DNA of 64,000 nt from Owenia fusiformis. Taxonomy: Eukaryota. The notes beneath the pieces were generated by a model. It did not search any database and was not told the origin of the DNA. It was given only the letters and a program-made list of their open reading frames with translations. Position 1 is the stretch's first letter. Every line of letters starts with the position of its first letter. Shown one piece after another: positions 26,679 to 40,862 of the stretch. The translations under genes and the position numbers were made by a program. Location: the NCBI GenBank assembly GCA_903813345.2, contig CAIIXF020000001.1, forward strand, positions 20,832,001-20,896,000, read 5' to 3'.

Positions 26679-29110
26679 CCCCAACAACCGTACAACTCTA
26701 TGGATGCTCATTGGACACACGATACGCCCATATCAATTACTAAATTCTCAGTTGTTTCAAAGTATTCATAAAATGTCTAGTCATTTTGAAAAAAAGATTC
26801 ACACCTGAAGCATTGATGAACATTTTGGATATATTACATTCTCTATTTTTCACACTTGCTGCTTTATAGTAATTTGCAAATTTGCATAACAACTCCCACT
26901 GTGTCTTTTTCATAAAGGGGAATCTGGAATGATCCTTATAGAATACAAACAAAGTGTCTGCTCGCAGAGCAGAGATCTACGGCTGTCAGCATCAAGTGAC
27001 ATCTTTCATCGAGGAAAAAGGAGGGATTTTTAACTGCCATTTATTGTGTGATTTATTGCTATTTAATTGACACTCATTTAGCTACCTACATATAATGATC
27101 CCTCTTTGGTTATTTTTGTCAAGGATAATGTCAAAATTAGCTTTTTGCTTTGAATTAATTCAGTGATTGAGTAGTAAAGGTTTCTTTACAAGATGTTTCC
27201 ACTTTAATATTGTTGATATTTAAAATGCATAGGACTATTTTTATGTTCACTGGAACATTTGCCAAAGATATTACCTTTTTGACGTTTTATGTACACAGGG
27301 CTTAGTAAGCTTTAACATTGTGTCTTTGATATTTGAAACTACAGTTTGGCATTCTGTTGTGCAAATACGGTGGAAGTTTTTGATTTAACTTCAATTGAAA
27401 GTGTATATTGACATATTTTGTAATAGAAAAGAACTCGAGATAGGTCTTTAGCTAATTATCAATCAAGTTTTTTGCAAGATGAAAACCCCTTCAGTAAAAA
27501 TTGTCTGGTAATACATTTTTGATGATCCATAAGTGCTAAAATCAGATAGATGTAATTTTGTTCCAACAATGAAGTATTTTAAAGAGGCTTATATTTGCAG
27601 ATTTAATTTCCCCTCAAGAAACATCTTGACATATTGAAATGTATGAAAACAATTCGAGGACAGGTTTCTTTTACGTATCCTTCAAAAGACGTTCTGTTAA
27701 TAGAATAGCGTAAAACATACATCACTACAGATCAATTTCAAATACAGTAAAAAATTGAGGATCTTTGACATGTAAATTGTAATTTTATTTCAATATTAAC
27801 ATGTAAACTTGTGTGCAGAGCTCTTCAATCAAAAGTGCCGCATATTGGTATTTAATGCTCTTGTAATGGTATGCCTATATTCCCCTCTATAGGCTTCTAC
27901 GCCTGTCACTCAGACATAAAACATTGAAAAGAAAAAACGTATACATTATATAGTATTTCAGTTAGATTTAAACGTTGGTTACTCCCATTGAAAAACAAAT
28001 TATATTTACAGATATTTATCTTACAGAATTTGTACACCCACAGAATAAATTAACGTCTAAAAGATGGGAATATCCACATTGACATTTTTTATATTCAATT
28101 AAAATAATATTGACCACAGGATATAATTTACAATATTTAAAATTGAAAAGATGAGTAGTTTAATATGAGAGTATTTTAAGAACACAATGTATTATTAATG
28201 TAATTAATCTAATGAGCATGAAAATAACAACTGTTTTCCACATGTTATAGTTCCTTAAAATATCAATACCACCTAGTTAGCTGAGCAAATTACTTAGAAC
28301 AGATCCTGATTGTTTAATAATATCATACTGATTTACTAAGTGGACAAAAACCAATGTTTTTTCCACTTGAGAACATGTCTCGAAACATGATTTTTGACAG
28401 AGAGTTAAAAGTTTATTTATTGTACATCGATGTTCATTTTTGGTTGACAATTATATTATAAAAATATATTTGTGTATATAAAATTCTAAACTTGTTTTTC
28501 TGTTATGACCGTGTGAAGATTTGTTCGTTTACTTTTGGGCTTTTTCCAATTATATATAATGTATGTACGAAATACTGTAATTGATCTTCCATATATTGGT
28601 GAGATATAGTTCAATTGCTTAATAGTGGATTGTCGTGTCTTTGGTTTCATATGTTGTCCTTTGTGCTTTTTTTAGCTATATCTGGGAAACGATCTGTTTT
28701 CAGTGTTCTCTGTGACCGAACACTGAGCAGGCAATTAGTGGAGGGAGTAGTCTTTCTAAACTTTACTTCATAGAAGGGTATCAAAGCATCGTATGGGCAG
28801 GTGGTCTCGGGACAAAAGTGGCCACTTTATCAGCCAGTCAAGCAGAAACTCTGTTTATTCAAAAATCATTAGAATCAAATGTTGATTTTATTGTCATAAT
28901 TAGATATTCATCAAAAGAATATTCCCATGTTTGTTATTTTACTTTATTTTATTGAAGAATAGGACAATAATGGCTTTAGTGGTACGCGACATTGATTCCT
29001 CGATTTTAACATGCAGAATGCAGTTGGTAAAACATCACTTTTATCTCATTATATTATTCATTAATTGCAATGGCTCAAAGGGCAACGTATATTAGGATGT
29101 ATCTGGCTTA

Positions 29111-29266
29111 TTATGTCACCACCACAAGTGGTGACATAGTCTCCAACTTTTTTGTGGGTTTTGTTCGTTGTCCGACGGTCGGAGTTCCGAGTTTGGCGTC
29201 TCGGTAATAAATGGCGTCTGTAACAAACGGCAGAGGGTGACATTTTGCATGTTAATGCCTTTTTGT
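29111..29266 (+). mobile_element. Short Helentron-like element (~155 bp)
   Basis: 5' hairpin ATGTCACCAC-cacaa-GTGGTGACAT, 3' subterminal GGTGACAT, terminal hairpin GCATGTTAATGC, then T-run; homologous to 16689-16824. Confidence 0.65.
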
Positions 29267-32200
29267 AAAACTTTTGGCTTGCTCTATCAAGTGAGGGATA
29301 TGGAACTAAAGGCGTCATGGCATTGTCACCTTTGACTACTGGATTTTAAAATATATTTGCAATATGGATTATGTAATAAATTGGCTCGTAAACGTTGATA
29401 TTGGTTTATTGATGTGATTTATAGGGATTTGTTTTTGCTCCATGCTTTCTCATCTAAACACAAAATCGATACTTTCAACCCCAAAACTATAAATCTGTCA
29501 ATCAAAGCAGAGCTTTGCTGTAGATCATTTTTGAAATTATTCCCAGATTTTCCAAACATTCAAATTGTTAACCGGATTGATGTAGATCGGAATAATGAAA
29601 TAAAGCTGTTTGATAGATTTGTCTATGATTTTTTGGGATGAATATTACATGTACATGTTGGCTCATCTGTATTTATTTAGTAATATGGAATCACTTGGAA
29701 AATATGATGTGGTTATCACTAACAGTACATATTTCTATTTACTAAATATGAATATATACATCCTGTGTTTATGCCAAACATAGCCAGAATCTTGTTGAAT
29801 CAAAATATGTATTAACAAATGTTACACAGATGTACAAATCACTGTTATATAGGCAAACCTGACATTTTCAGAATTTTCAGCCAATGGACGGATAATTAGC
29901 TGGGGCTACTGATCGTTTCATCTGGATTAACAGTCAGCAGCCCTGGTAGTATTTGGTGCCCATGGCTTTTTGATACCTCCCATATAGAAACCGTCAATGT
30001 CCAGCAAACACTTTGCAAGAGTTGGATAAAATTGGTTCAGCATGTTGAAAAAATCGAACAGATTTAAGTCGTGATTTATGGTCGTTCATTTTCTTTGTTA
30101 AAATTGATACGTCTCTGTTTTACTACTTGTACTTGCTTCTGGATTTCAGGAATATTTCTCCACTCCAACTTGCGTTGGACTAATGTCAATTCTAAAGTTT
30201 CATGTCATCTTGTTTGTTTCTCTATAACTATTGTACAGATTTATTTGTGATTCTTTAGCCAATTTATATATTCATATTTTTTATGTGAAACCTTACAAAA
30301 TAGAGTTATCTAGATTAAGATTGAGGTGTAGTTGTAAAAAGTGCTTTGTTAAACTTTCTGTTTTACCAATTTAAGATATATGGATGCATGTTACTTGAAC
30401 CCTCTTGGAGTGTTTTGTTCATTAAAACATTTATGTGGACATATATTTAAGGTTTTAATACGTGATGGTATCGCAAAATAATTTTTAAATGCTGATATCC
30501 TTAACATTGCGGTTCAAGTAAGACTAAAATGTGTTCGGCAAACATTTTCGGGAAAACATAGTCCCCTGGTTATGATCGAATATTTAAATTGACTATCTTG
30601 TACAGAAGTGTGGAATCGCAAAATTAAAGTTCCCGCCATAGTAGAGATTGTTTATACTTAGTACTGGTATATATCATATTGTTTATGCAGGGTTGTGTTG
30701 GTTTATTTTTCAAATGTTGCCCTTTGCGCTTTCTCAATTGGGACCCATTGTTTCTTTGATGAGTCAGTCGTCAGGTCCTACCACTAACCTAAAGTATAGG
30801 TCCCTGGTTCCCCAACAGCAAGGGAATCATGAAGTGAAGTTGTGGTAAAATAACAAATATAATAGTCGTGTGCTAGCAGACCTCCCAACTTGATAGAAAC
30901 CCGATAGAAGTTGTTCCATTATATACTAACAGTGTGTTTAGAAAACAAAACCTTGTCACTTGCCACAGTTTTGCATTGTCCTAGTGGTAGGTATGAAACT
31001 GGAAGCACATGTGAACAATTAGGAACAATTTCTGCCTAAACATCCTACAGATTGTTCAAGAAACTCCTACGCCCTAAAATATTTGTATGCAATCAAATTG
31101 TCAAAAAGTTTATATTGAATATTTTGGTCAACACAGCAAGCCACGAGAGTTCATTAAAACAGACGTTACCGCAATAATTACCTCTTATTTATTTCAGCTA
31201 GTGGCTTAAATCAACCTCATAAAATATTGATATTTTTCAGGGTGATTCTTTTGTTTTTAGGGTGACAGTGACTTTGTACGTTTTTTTTCTAGATTGTTCC
31301 TGTTATTTACTATTGTTTTGATAGTTTTCATAAAGCTGTATTTTGCTGTGTTTCTATGATAAATACCATGTGATAAACTTTACGTAAAGAAACGATAAAA
31401 AACTATAGACAACCATCTTACAAATTACATCTCATAACCCAAAAATTTCAAATCAAAACGTTCACCAGTAATTTTCATAATTATTGTATTCGCAAGTCGT
31501 AGTTTTTATTATTTTCTGGTTGAGAGCCGGTGTATTGTTTTCACAGATAATGTTAACCAGGGGTTTATTTACTTTTATTTTCACCTGTATTTGTCACTAC
31601 TTAGTTCACCTCTAAAGCCATTATCTCAGTCAGAGAATTGATTCTGTTTATTTACCTACCATCATTTCCCCGTAGCTGACATTTTGCTATTTTCTTACTT
31701 TCAATCAAATGTTGCTTGAATCCACTTCTGACCACGTGTATAAATGGAATATGTTAGCTAACATATCAAAGTCCATTCCGAATCCAAATCATTCGCAAGG
31801 AATTATCAGAATTCGCTTCCTCATATGTTGATTCTTGAGAACCTCAAGTAGTTTAAGTACTATTAAATAGTTTTGGGTTTGCTATTTTTATATGGAATGT
31901 GTATAATTTTGATTTTTTCTAATTTTGTGGTGAACAATTGTGTTAAACATATTACAATAATCAAACAATAATGAATTCATTATTTAGGCTATACAAAATA
32001 TTTACTTTAACTTTTTTGAACAGTTCATCCAACAGTTAACTTCAGTCAAACTTTACATTCCGCGTTTGAGAATTCTGCATTCAACAACTGACAATAGTAA
32101 ACGTATATATTTATAAATAATGTTAGTATGCAATTCTAATTTCAACATTCACGGTTAACTGTTAACATGAAATAATCAAATAATAAATAATGCAATATTT

Positions 32201-35200
32201 ACACAGTCTGTTTACTTTTTTCTTACAATTTATTTATTTGTCCATTAAACCTGATAAATGTAACTTTACTCTCACATTTACAGACAGTCAATTCGAGAAA
32301 TTAAAATTTTAAACTGACAATTAATGTATGAAAAGTTGATGAAAATTTGACTCCACATTGTAGTTAACCTTTGATCTTTGACAATAATAACTGATCATGT
32401 GATACGAAAAATCAGAAACGCCAACCAAAAAGAGCAATTTTTATTTTTGTGATGGAAATTTTTAATCGATCGGAAGATAACATTCGAAATATGATTAATT
32501 TCTTGAACAGGGACTGAATGCTAAAATAAACGTTGGTTCAAGGAATGATACAGATGTATTGTTCAGTTTCGAATAGTGACGAAATAATATACTTCTAAAC
32601 TTGTTAGCGCAAATATGAAGTTATTCATGCAAATTAATAAATTAATGTGGAAATACTTTATATGGTTTATTAAATACTGTAAATGCCTTGTTGATTTAGA
32701 GTGGGCTCGCTACAACAATCAAAGCTGACAATTATCAAGCATTGAGAATATTCAATTTCAATTATTTTGCTGCCTTGGGGGCACTTTAGACTTGATACAT
32801 CAAGGGAACAAACCAAGAAATTATTCTTTAAAAAGTCGTTCAAGAATATTTCTCAGGCTTTTTGAACTTTACATTGACACTGGTGTATCTTTTTGTAAAA
32901 ACCTAGAAGTGGAATTGTGTTCACTGGTTTGAGCATTTTATGACGTTGCTCTTCGGTATTTTCCTTTCGAATTTTCTTTCCCGTCCTTTTTTAGATTTTT
33001 TATAAATTGTACTTGTTATAAGAGCAATCTACTGGCCTGGTATTCGTGCATCGTACAAATATCTCATTTTTGACTATTTTTGTGAGCCGAATAGTCTGAT
33101 TTCCTTTTTCAATGTTTGCTTCGTGTGCCATGTCATTGTGTTCGCGTATTCTATTGCTTTTTCTCCTATCTTTTTAAACTGTCTACGATATGAACCTTTT
33201 AGATAGCTTTAACAATGATGACACTGTATTTGGATTCAAGTTACATCGTTCAGATATAAAATGTCAAGATTTTACAGGCGACTCACATTGCAAAAACTAT
33301 GTTTTGTCTTTTTATGTAAATAAAAACTTAATTTTGGTGATGAGAAAATGCAGGTCTGTCAAAATTCAAACGACATGTCAAAATGATGACAGCCTAGACG
33401 ACTAGATTGTCAAGTAAACGAAAAACTTTCAATTTTAAAACTGTATCTTTTTGTACTAGCGCTTTTTCAACCAATTTGATTGACGATAGATTAAACTTTT
33501 TTATTGAATTTTGGTGGCCAAATCTTCCGCTTGACCAAATATTCGTAATTCCTCTCTATAGGCGATTTTTGACGAGATAGATACAATGTCCCAAGCAGTC
33601 AAGCTATCTCTTTCCATCTCAAAACACCTTCACAGTATTTAAATGATTCTCATCATTTCTTTTTAATATCATTTCTATGTCAATATTAATAAATTCTCAA
33701 CCTGATTTAGCTGATAAGGGAGAAGATAAATAGGCCCGGATAAACCCGCTTCAGAGAATAGTTTCACTTTTCAAAATGACTTTTGAGACATGAAATCATA
33801 CAAAGAGCGTTTTCATTCGGTTCACATTTCTTCTTTTTGCTGATTGAATCAATTGAATGAACGTGAAAGTGTGACAAATGCTCAGCAGAAAGTTAAACTT
33901 TATTGATATAAACATCCAAAATGAGAGCTTCTATTGAAAAACACAATGGCTAAAAGGAAAGCCTTGTCCTGATAAGTGAAAATTCAGTAACTCCCTGAAC
34001 CTACGCTTTGATTAGAATTGTTAAATTTAGAGGGGACGCTGGCAACCTTTGTCATCTAGGTTTGCTCTCTGTGTCGAAAATTTGAGTCCACGGGAAACAC
34101 ATCAAGTGGTTTTGTTCTGTTTTTTTCAATTTTGTATGATGGGGATGGGGTGTTGGACATTTTTCCTTGTGCGTTAGATAATAGTCAACAATGGATATTG
34201 GGGTTTTATTTTACTAGTAAATAGTTCGGTGCTCTTAGATGTTCCCTTTTCGTACAGTGTTTTATCATGCTTTTGTTTTTACCCTTTTAACACCTGTGAT
34301 TGCATACATCTATCTATGGTTAACCATGCAGCACCATGCTTGTGTGAAACAGTGGCGAATTAACTACCCTGGCCTATTGTAAAGAAACAAATTCAAACCA
34401 TTGGAAATGAATGCAATTAACATAAATACGACCATTTTAAAAATTGCGCAATCGTCGCATGTGTGGTTACGGTTGTTGCGTATATTGCACATACTGAACA
34501 ATCATCTGCTTTCTTTTGGAAAGATGCAATTAAGACAAGTCAAGAGGTACACGGCAAGTGTTGCTCATTCTTTGTTTTCCATAAGTAGCCTTGTTCCTTG
34601 GACAAACTAACATAGAGAACCAAGATAAATAATGACCACATACATTGCAAGAATTGCATCTTCTTTAATTACCCCACCACTTATCTACTACAGATGTTAC
34701 TTCTTGAGTTTACTGAACAATTCATTTTGCGCCTCTGCTTTATCAAATTCGATTTGCAGAACTGTTACGTAACATACAACGCCGACAGCTTTTACGGCGG
34801 CGTTTTGCGTATCTGTCACGTCAGCTATAGATTTGAGATTCCCGTTACAAGCCACCCCAGCATCATCGTAAACTATCTATTGTGCAAGAAGTGCGCATGG
34901 CTGAATGAAATGGATAAATAAATATTATACGATATTGTGATGATAGATGTATTGGTAAGCTCAATCGAGGTGTTTCCTTTCACCTGGGATACATCATATT
35001 CGAAGAATGTAAATGGAAAGTAGTTTATTCATTTGGAACTTGTTAACTCGTCACTGAACATCCTAAATCTGCTTTTACTTTGGCTCTCTTGAATAGGATT
35101 GTGGCCAAATGTCGGCATACTGCACCCCGTAGATGCAACTGCGTGACGTAACGATGTATCACTCCGCGTTGCATGATGATGGCTTGGGATGCTCACGGTT

Positions 35201-35402
35201 TTAATTACAGCCTGTCATATTTTAATTCACAAATCTCTCCTATTAATATCGTCCCGGTTACATTTCTTTATTATATAAATCTCAGCTAATTTGTTATTAG
35301 ACCAAACGGAAATTATTTAGGATAAAATTAAGTTGGCATGAGATGTAAGCAAATAAACAACGCTCTGTGATTTCCGATATTCTCCAGTTCAATAATGTTT
35401 AA

Positions 35403-35417
35403 CGCCAGCCAATGAGA
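35403..35417 (+). promoter_or_regulatory. CCAAT box upstream of Dmrt4/5
   Basis: CGCCAGCCAATGAGA fits the NF-Y consensus, ~290 bp upstream of the ATG. Confidence 0.5.
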
Positions 35418-35693
35418 GATACAGAAAGTTTGTAATAATGTGATCCCCGTACATATCTAATATCAATAACACTTGCTAAAAGTTTGGAGGGCGGTGCTTA
35501 GCGCGTACATCAGGGGTTCCGTTCTTTCGAGTATTACTTAGAATTCATTCTAAACGAACGCTGTGTGCTAGGTATTTTGTCACATCTCGATCTTGAGACT
35601 TCGTAAAAACTCAGAGACATCTTGGAGTGAGGACAGAGACGTTCAAGAGTACAGACGTATGCAAATATATTTTTAGAAGACTAAGTATATCGA

Positions 35694-38600
35694 ATGGCAG
35701 ACGGAGAAGAAACAAGTAGAAATTTACCAGTTTCTACTTCGCAGGGACTACTCTCCCCACACAGACCGATGTTTATACGTGCCAGCGAGAGGTACCCTCG
35801 GACGCCCAAATGCGCCCGGTGTCGCAACCACGGTGTTGTATCGGCGCTGAAGGGACACAAACGTTATTGTCGATGGAGAGATTGCGTTTGCGCAAAATGT
35901 ACCCTTATCGCGGAGAGACAGCGAGTGATGGCAGCCCAGGTGGCCCTGAGAAGGCAACAGGCGCAGGAAGAAAATGAAGCCCGAGAGATAGGGTTGCTGT
36001 ATGGCACCCAGGGGCTCCTCAGGATGAACGCCGAGACTCTACCCACAGATACGCAATACTTGAATAAACCTGGCACAGATACAACGCAAGACAAACGGGA
36101 AGATTCTGGTAAGTTTGATTATTTCATTTTCAATGTTTAGATTAATTGTATCACTTTTAGTTTGCGATTTTTGATAATTTGATTTACCTGTATACATTTT
36201 TTAATTCGCTTCTCTTTAAGGGAATGAGAAGGGTAAAGAGTGTAAACTGTAGAAAGCAATCTTCAAAAAGTTATACCAATCCAATTTCCCTTCATAATCT
36301 CCATTTCATTTTCTGAAAAAAAGAATTGAGATATTTGAAACTTACTGTCAACTCGTCTTTTAATTCATAATGGGCTGCTTTTGTGGTTTTACAATGTTGC
36401 TGTAACAATTTTTATTTTAATAGTTTTTCAAAAATGAATTCATACCAAGTGCATCTTTTCAATGATGAAATAACATAAACGTGCTTGATTAATAGCTAGG
36501 TAATGAGAGCTTTTGAAACAAAATATCAAAATGCACATGGTGGTTTTACATAGCAATAACCAGGAGCTTCCATCATGTCCGTACAAAAGTCGCAACCAGA
36601 TATGCTTGATTGTCTATGTTTTTTCTTCGCTCGCTGGACACCTATCATAAAATATTGAAAGACTACATTACATAACATTCATTTACATTGTGAAAAGTAT
36701 ATAGTTCAGTGTATTTAAAAAGACTTGTTATTTTGATAACATTCATTTGCATTGTGGAAAGTATATAATTCAGTGTATTTAAAAAGACTAATTATTTTGA
36801 ATTTGTAATTTATAGTTTTGGTGTTTGAACCTTTGTAGATTCTTGGAAACTTAACGCACAATCATAATCCAATCGTATCTCACTTTAATTAACTGTGAAA
36901 AAACTGATAACTTTATTTTTCCTATATGGGAACTTTAAATTGCAATTACAAAACAAATGAGTGTATTTTGTCTACAACAATTGAGTCCAATACCCTCAAC
37001 TAAACTGACGTTATTCATCTTGTTATTATTTACCCATGCCTGTCATTGTTTCATATTCATTAGCAAATATTATTCAATGTCATATATATTTTTGCAAGAC
37101 CATGAAGTTCCAATATGTCAAATGTCTATAATGTCACAGGGCGATTGACATTCTTTTTTGTATTATATAAAATAACTATTTTGTAATGAAAACTAAAAGA
37201 AGAACGAAAAATAAAACGATGAATTCATAGTTTTATGGGTCTAAATGAGGATGGTTTCAGTGGCGGATCCAGGAACCAACAAGGGGGGGGGCCCAAATTT
37301 GAGAATATAGAAAAAACCTTTTTTGGGCCCCTAAAACCGAAAAAGTGGGCCCAAATTTTGAAAATTTGAGGCCCATTTTCTTCCAAATTTGGCCTAAATT
37401 GAAAAAATAAGGCCTTAGAAGGCCTAATAATGACCAAAAGGCCCACTTTTTGGGGCCTTAAGATTTTTTTGGCCTAAAATTTTTTTGGGCCCAACTTCTT
37501 TTTTTTTGGGCCAACCTTAGGGGGGGGGGCCCGGGCCCCATGGGCCCCCCCCCGGATCCGCCATAGGGTTTTCTACGTGGATAATAATGAAAATATGGTA
37601 AGAGCAAAAATAGATATACAGCGAGTGATGGCAGCCATTCTGAAGAATTTGCCCCATAGCTTAACAAAGCCCATAAAGTTCAGACAAAATGCTCCGAAAA
37701 TAAACAATTATATTTCTTTTATTTCTAATTAATAAACATTGTAATCTCTACCAAATCAATTTAGCGGTGCTCGTTATTGAATCAAACTTGAAGATAGTGT
37801 TTATGAACGTGAACGTTCTGGAGAAAGTATCATGATTTCTTATCGTTTCTTAAGGGGCTGTAGATTGAATAGTGTCCTAATCGATCATATCTTAACAAGC
37901 TGTAGCGATTGAAGTTGTGACTTATTGCCTAATTAATACATTGTTGTCCGATGTTATGCTTTGTTTTTCAACTAATGATACCCTGTTCATTGATTCCAGT
38001 TACTATATTAGCAATGAATATCGAGGCTGAAACCAAACGAGCAACATTTACGATTTTCCAAACAATGTGTCCTAAATATTACATAGAAAATATCTGAATT
38101 ATAAAAGACCTCCGTTGTCTGAAATGACCTTAAAGGGCCAGATTTGTATACCAACTACCATGAATGTCACCTATAGATATTTTGTTAGGCCACTGCCCAT
38201 ACTTCTAAGTTACGTTCTCTGGCCCATACAAATCAATAAAACCCGCACAATTGCTATAAAAACTATATGGATTTTTCCCTGCCCGCCTTTCATCTCAGAT
38301 AGTATGATCCGACCTTATTTACCAAGTATGTGGAAACAAATGTATTAAATTTAATCTGTCCATATGGTATATTGACTTTGAGACAAGGCAATGGTATCGT
38401 TCAGTTTATTAGAACTCCTGCAATGTGTTTTAACATGAACTCTGCTACTGTAGCAAATGCTTTATATTGATTATCAATTGAGGTGATCTCGATTTCAAAT
38501 AGCGCCGGAAGAGCTTGATGGAGATGTCACAAACCGCCGATTCTTCCTTCGAGTCATGCGTGTCTACAACTCTCATGTTCTTCATTTATGATATCTCGCA

Positions 38601-40862
38601 CGTACTTTAAATACACAGTTACACACCCCTTAGCTTATCCAATAGGTCAATCTTACGTCAAGGAACATGAAACGTTATATCATGCTCTTGATCGTTAAAT
38701 AAACACTTAGTTGTGACTGTAAAACAAAACATTGATGTTACCTTATATTTATTAGCGTTTTTGGTTTCCGAATTCCATTGAATGATTATTTTGCAACAAT
38801 GAATACAATAATTGTCACTTTCCTTTTATTCGTCCAAAATATGTGTTTTAGCAACATCGCAGATGCTCCAAAAAGCGCAAAGTTTGCCAGTAGAATTAAT
38901 AGAACAAGCCACTGAGCTCAAATATAATTATTATCACATATCGAAGGACTTAATACGTGTATTGTTATCGTCATTCAAAACCGAGAACCCACAATAACAA
39001 CCAAAAGACGCAACGGGCAGTGTTTGAAAACAAAAAAAACACAATTAACTTATGAAAACATACAGTGAAGTCATGACATACGATATAACTCCCTGCGTCT
39101 AGCTGGGTGTTCAAAATTACTTGTAACAAAAAAAGTCAATTACATTCCCACGGTGTTATACTCATAGTCAGCATGGTCAAGTTTATAATTGGGAGCGGTC
39201 ACGTTGTTATTAGGTAACTATTATTAACGTGACAATGGCCAGTGAAAGTGGGAATTATCATCTGGTTAATTGTAATTATCCATTTGCAACCAGAGAAGCC
39301 ACTGTTGTAATACATTACTGTGTTAATGCTTTATTCAAGAAGTATTCTTTGGGTATATGTTGCACATGATGTAAGCTTTCTAGTATTTGATACGTTACCA
39401 GATTTTCCCAAATAATTGTTTTTATTTTCTTAATCTGATAATAATACGCGCCATTAGTTCCCTACTGTGCTTGACTTTGACAACTATCCAGATATTAATA
39501 AATACTCACAAAGCATATTACTTATGACAATTATTAAACTCCGAACAAATTAATTACCTCAAGACATAAGCTATTAATTGATGAACTTTATCTTAGTTAA
39601 CAAATATAATATGTGATTCATACAGATTGAAATTCAGTTATTTGCGCAAATGACAAAAAGGCGACAGACACTTCGCCTCAATGATAATTCGTTAACTACC
39701 AGGGAAGATAAATTGCTTGAAGGAATTCAATAATTGCTCAATTACAAATAAAATATAACACAATGAGACATGTGGTATTGAAAACCTAAGAATCAAATGT
39801 TAATATCTCACTAATTTACCAAGCTTTTCTTATGTACTTGTGACAAATGACTTGTTGGAACTCTGATTAAGGACTTAACGCCAATTCAATGCCTGGATTT
39901 GAAGAATGTTTGATTAAAACTTGAAAAGATTAAGCTACTCTTCCCTTGATAAACGGATAATGTTATTGATAGCTGGTTAATTTGTGTTATTGTGAAAATA
40001 GCGCTGATACTTGATATTCTCTTGATTGATTTCTGTACACTTGACTAGAATAGGCCTGACAACCGCACACCATCTCTTCTAACCACTTTACATTTAGTTC
40101 TGGCTACAATATCCTCATTTCCACAATCAAATTACATTTCCGTAATCTCTTATCGCTTACAAAAAATCAAAGAATCTTCTCTATTCAGCCATTCTTCCTT
40201 TATTTACAGGTCCACTTCATGAAGCCATTCTTGAATCTGAAAAACAAACAGACCATGATAATCCCATCAGCCCTCTTAGAGATGATAGAGATTCGTCCTC
40301 ACCAGATGGCAGCATTAACGCAATCTCATCACCCCAACAGACGAGTGACCAAAACGAGGCTGAAATCACAGGGGACAACTCTGGGGATCCTCAAAACCGA
40401 TCTTTAGACATGTTATGTAGGGTATTTCCCCATATGAAAAGAAGCGTCCTTCAATTGATCTTGCAAGGTAGTGGAGGGGATTCAGTGAAAGCTATAGAAC
40501 AAGTCTTGAACAATCACTCTAATAAACAGAGTAAGGCAACTAGTAGTACAGAAGTGTTAAATATTCACAGACCATATCTCACAACGTCACCACCGACTGT
40601 ATCAGCCACATCAGTGAAATCGGCATTTTCTCCCATTGCTGCCCATATGATGCCATCTGGCAGCTTGGGACCAATACGATACGGTTATGGAGCTGCGGCA
40701 AGAGGACTTATTTCTATGCCATATCCTTCAAACTTTTTACCTGGGCTTGCAGCTTCGGGGTACAATTACAATGGACTTGCCACAGGAACTAAATCTGGTC
40801 TCCCTTATGGGGCCATGTATCCATATGCTTATCCATATACCGCCCCATCTGCAGAAAAATGA
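35694..40862 (+). CDS. DMRTA2: Doublesex/mab-3 related transcription factor, Dmrt4/5 (DMRTA2, Dmrt99B) group
   Basis: Exon 1 35694-36108 with DM domain [65 protein letters not shown]. Exon 2 40210-40862 is in frame (phase 1) with a DMA domain ([35 protein letters not shown]) and a KSAFSPI motif. Confidence 0.93.
36673..36800. repeat. Two-copy 64-bp tandem duplication in the Dmrt4/5 intron
   Basis: TAACATTCATTT(A/G)CATTGTG...GTGTATTTAAAAAGACT...TTATTTTGA starts at 36673 and again at 36737. Confidence 0.85.
37258..37566. mobile_element. MITE with TGGCGGATCC-type TIRs and 5-bp TSD
   Basis: CAGTGGCGGATCC ... GGATCCGCCATAG, flanked by GGTTT (37253-37257, 37567-37571); interior rich in GGGCCC/GGCC. 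Confidence 0.8.
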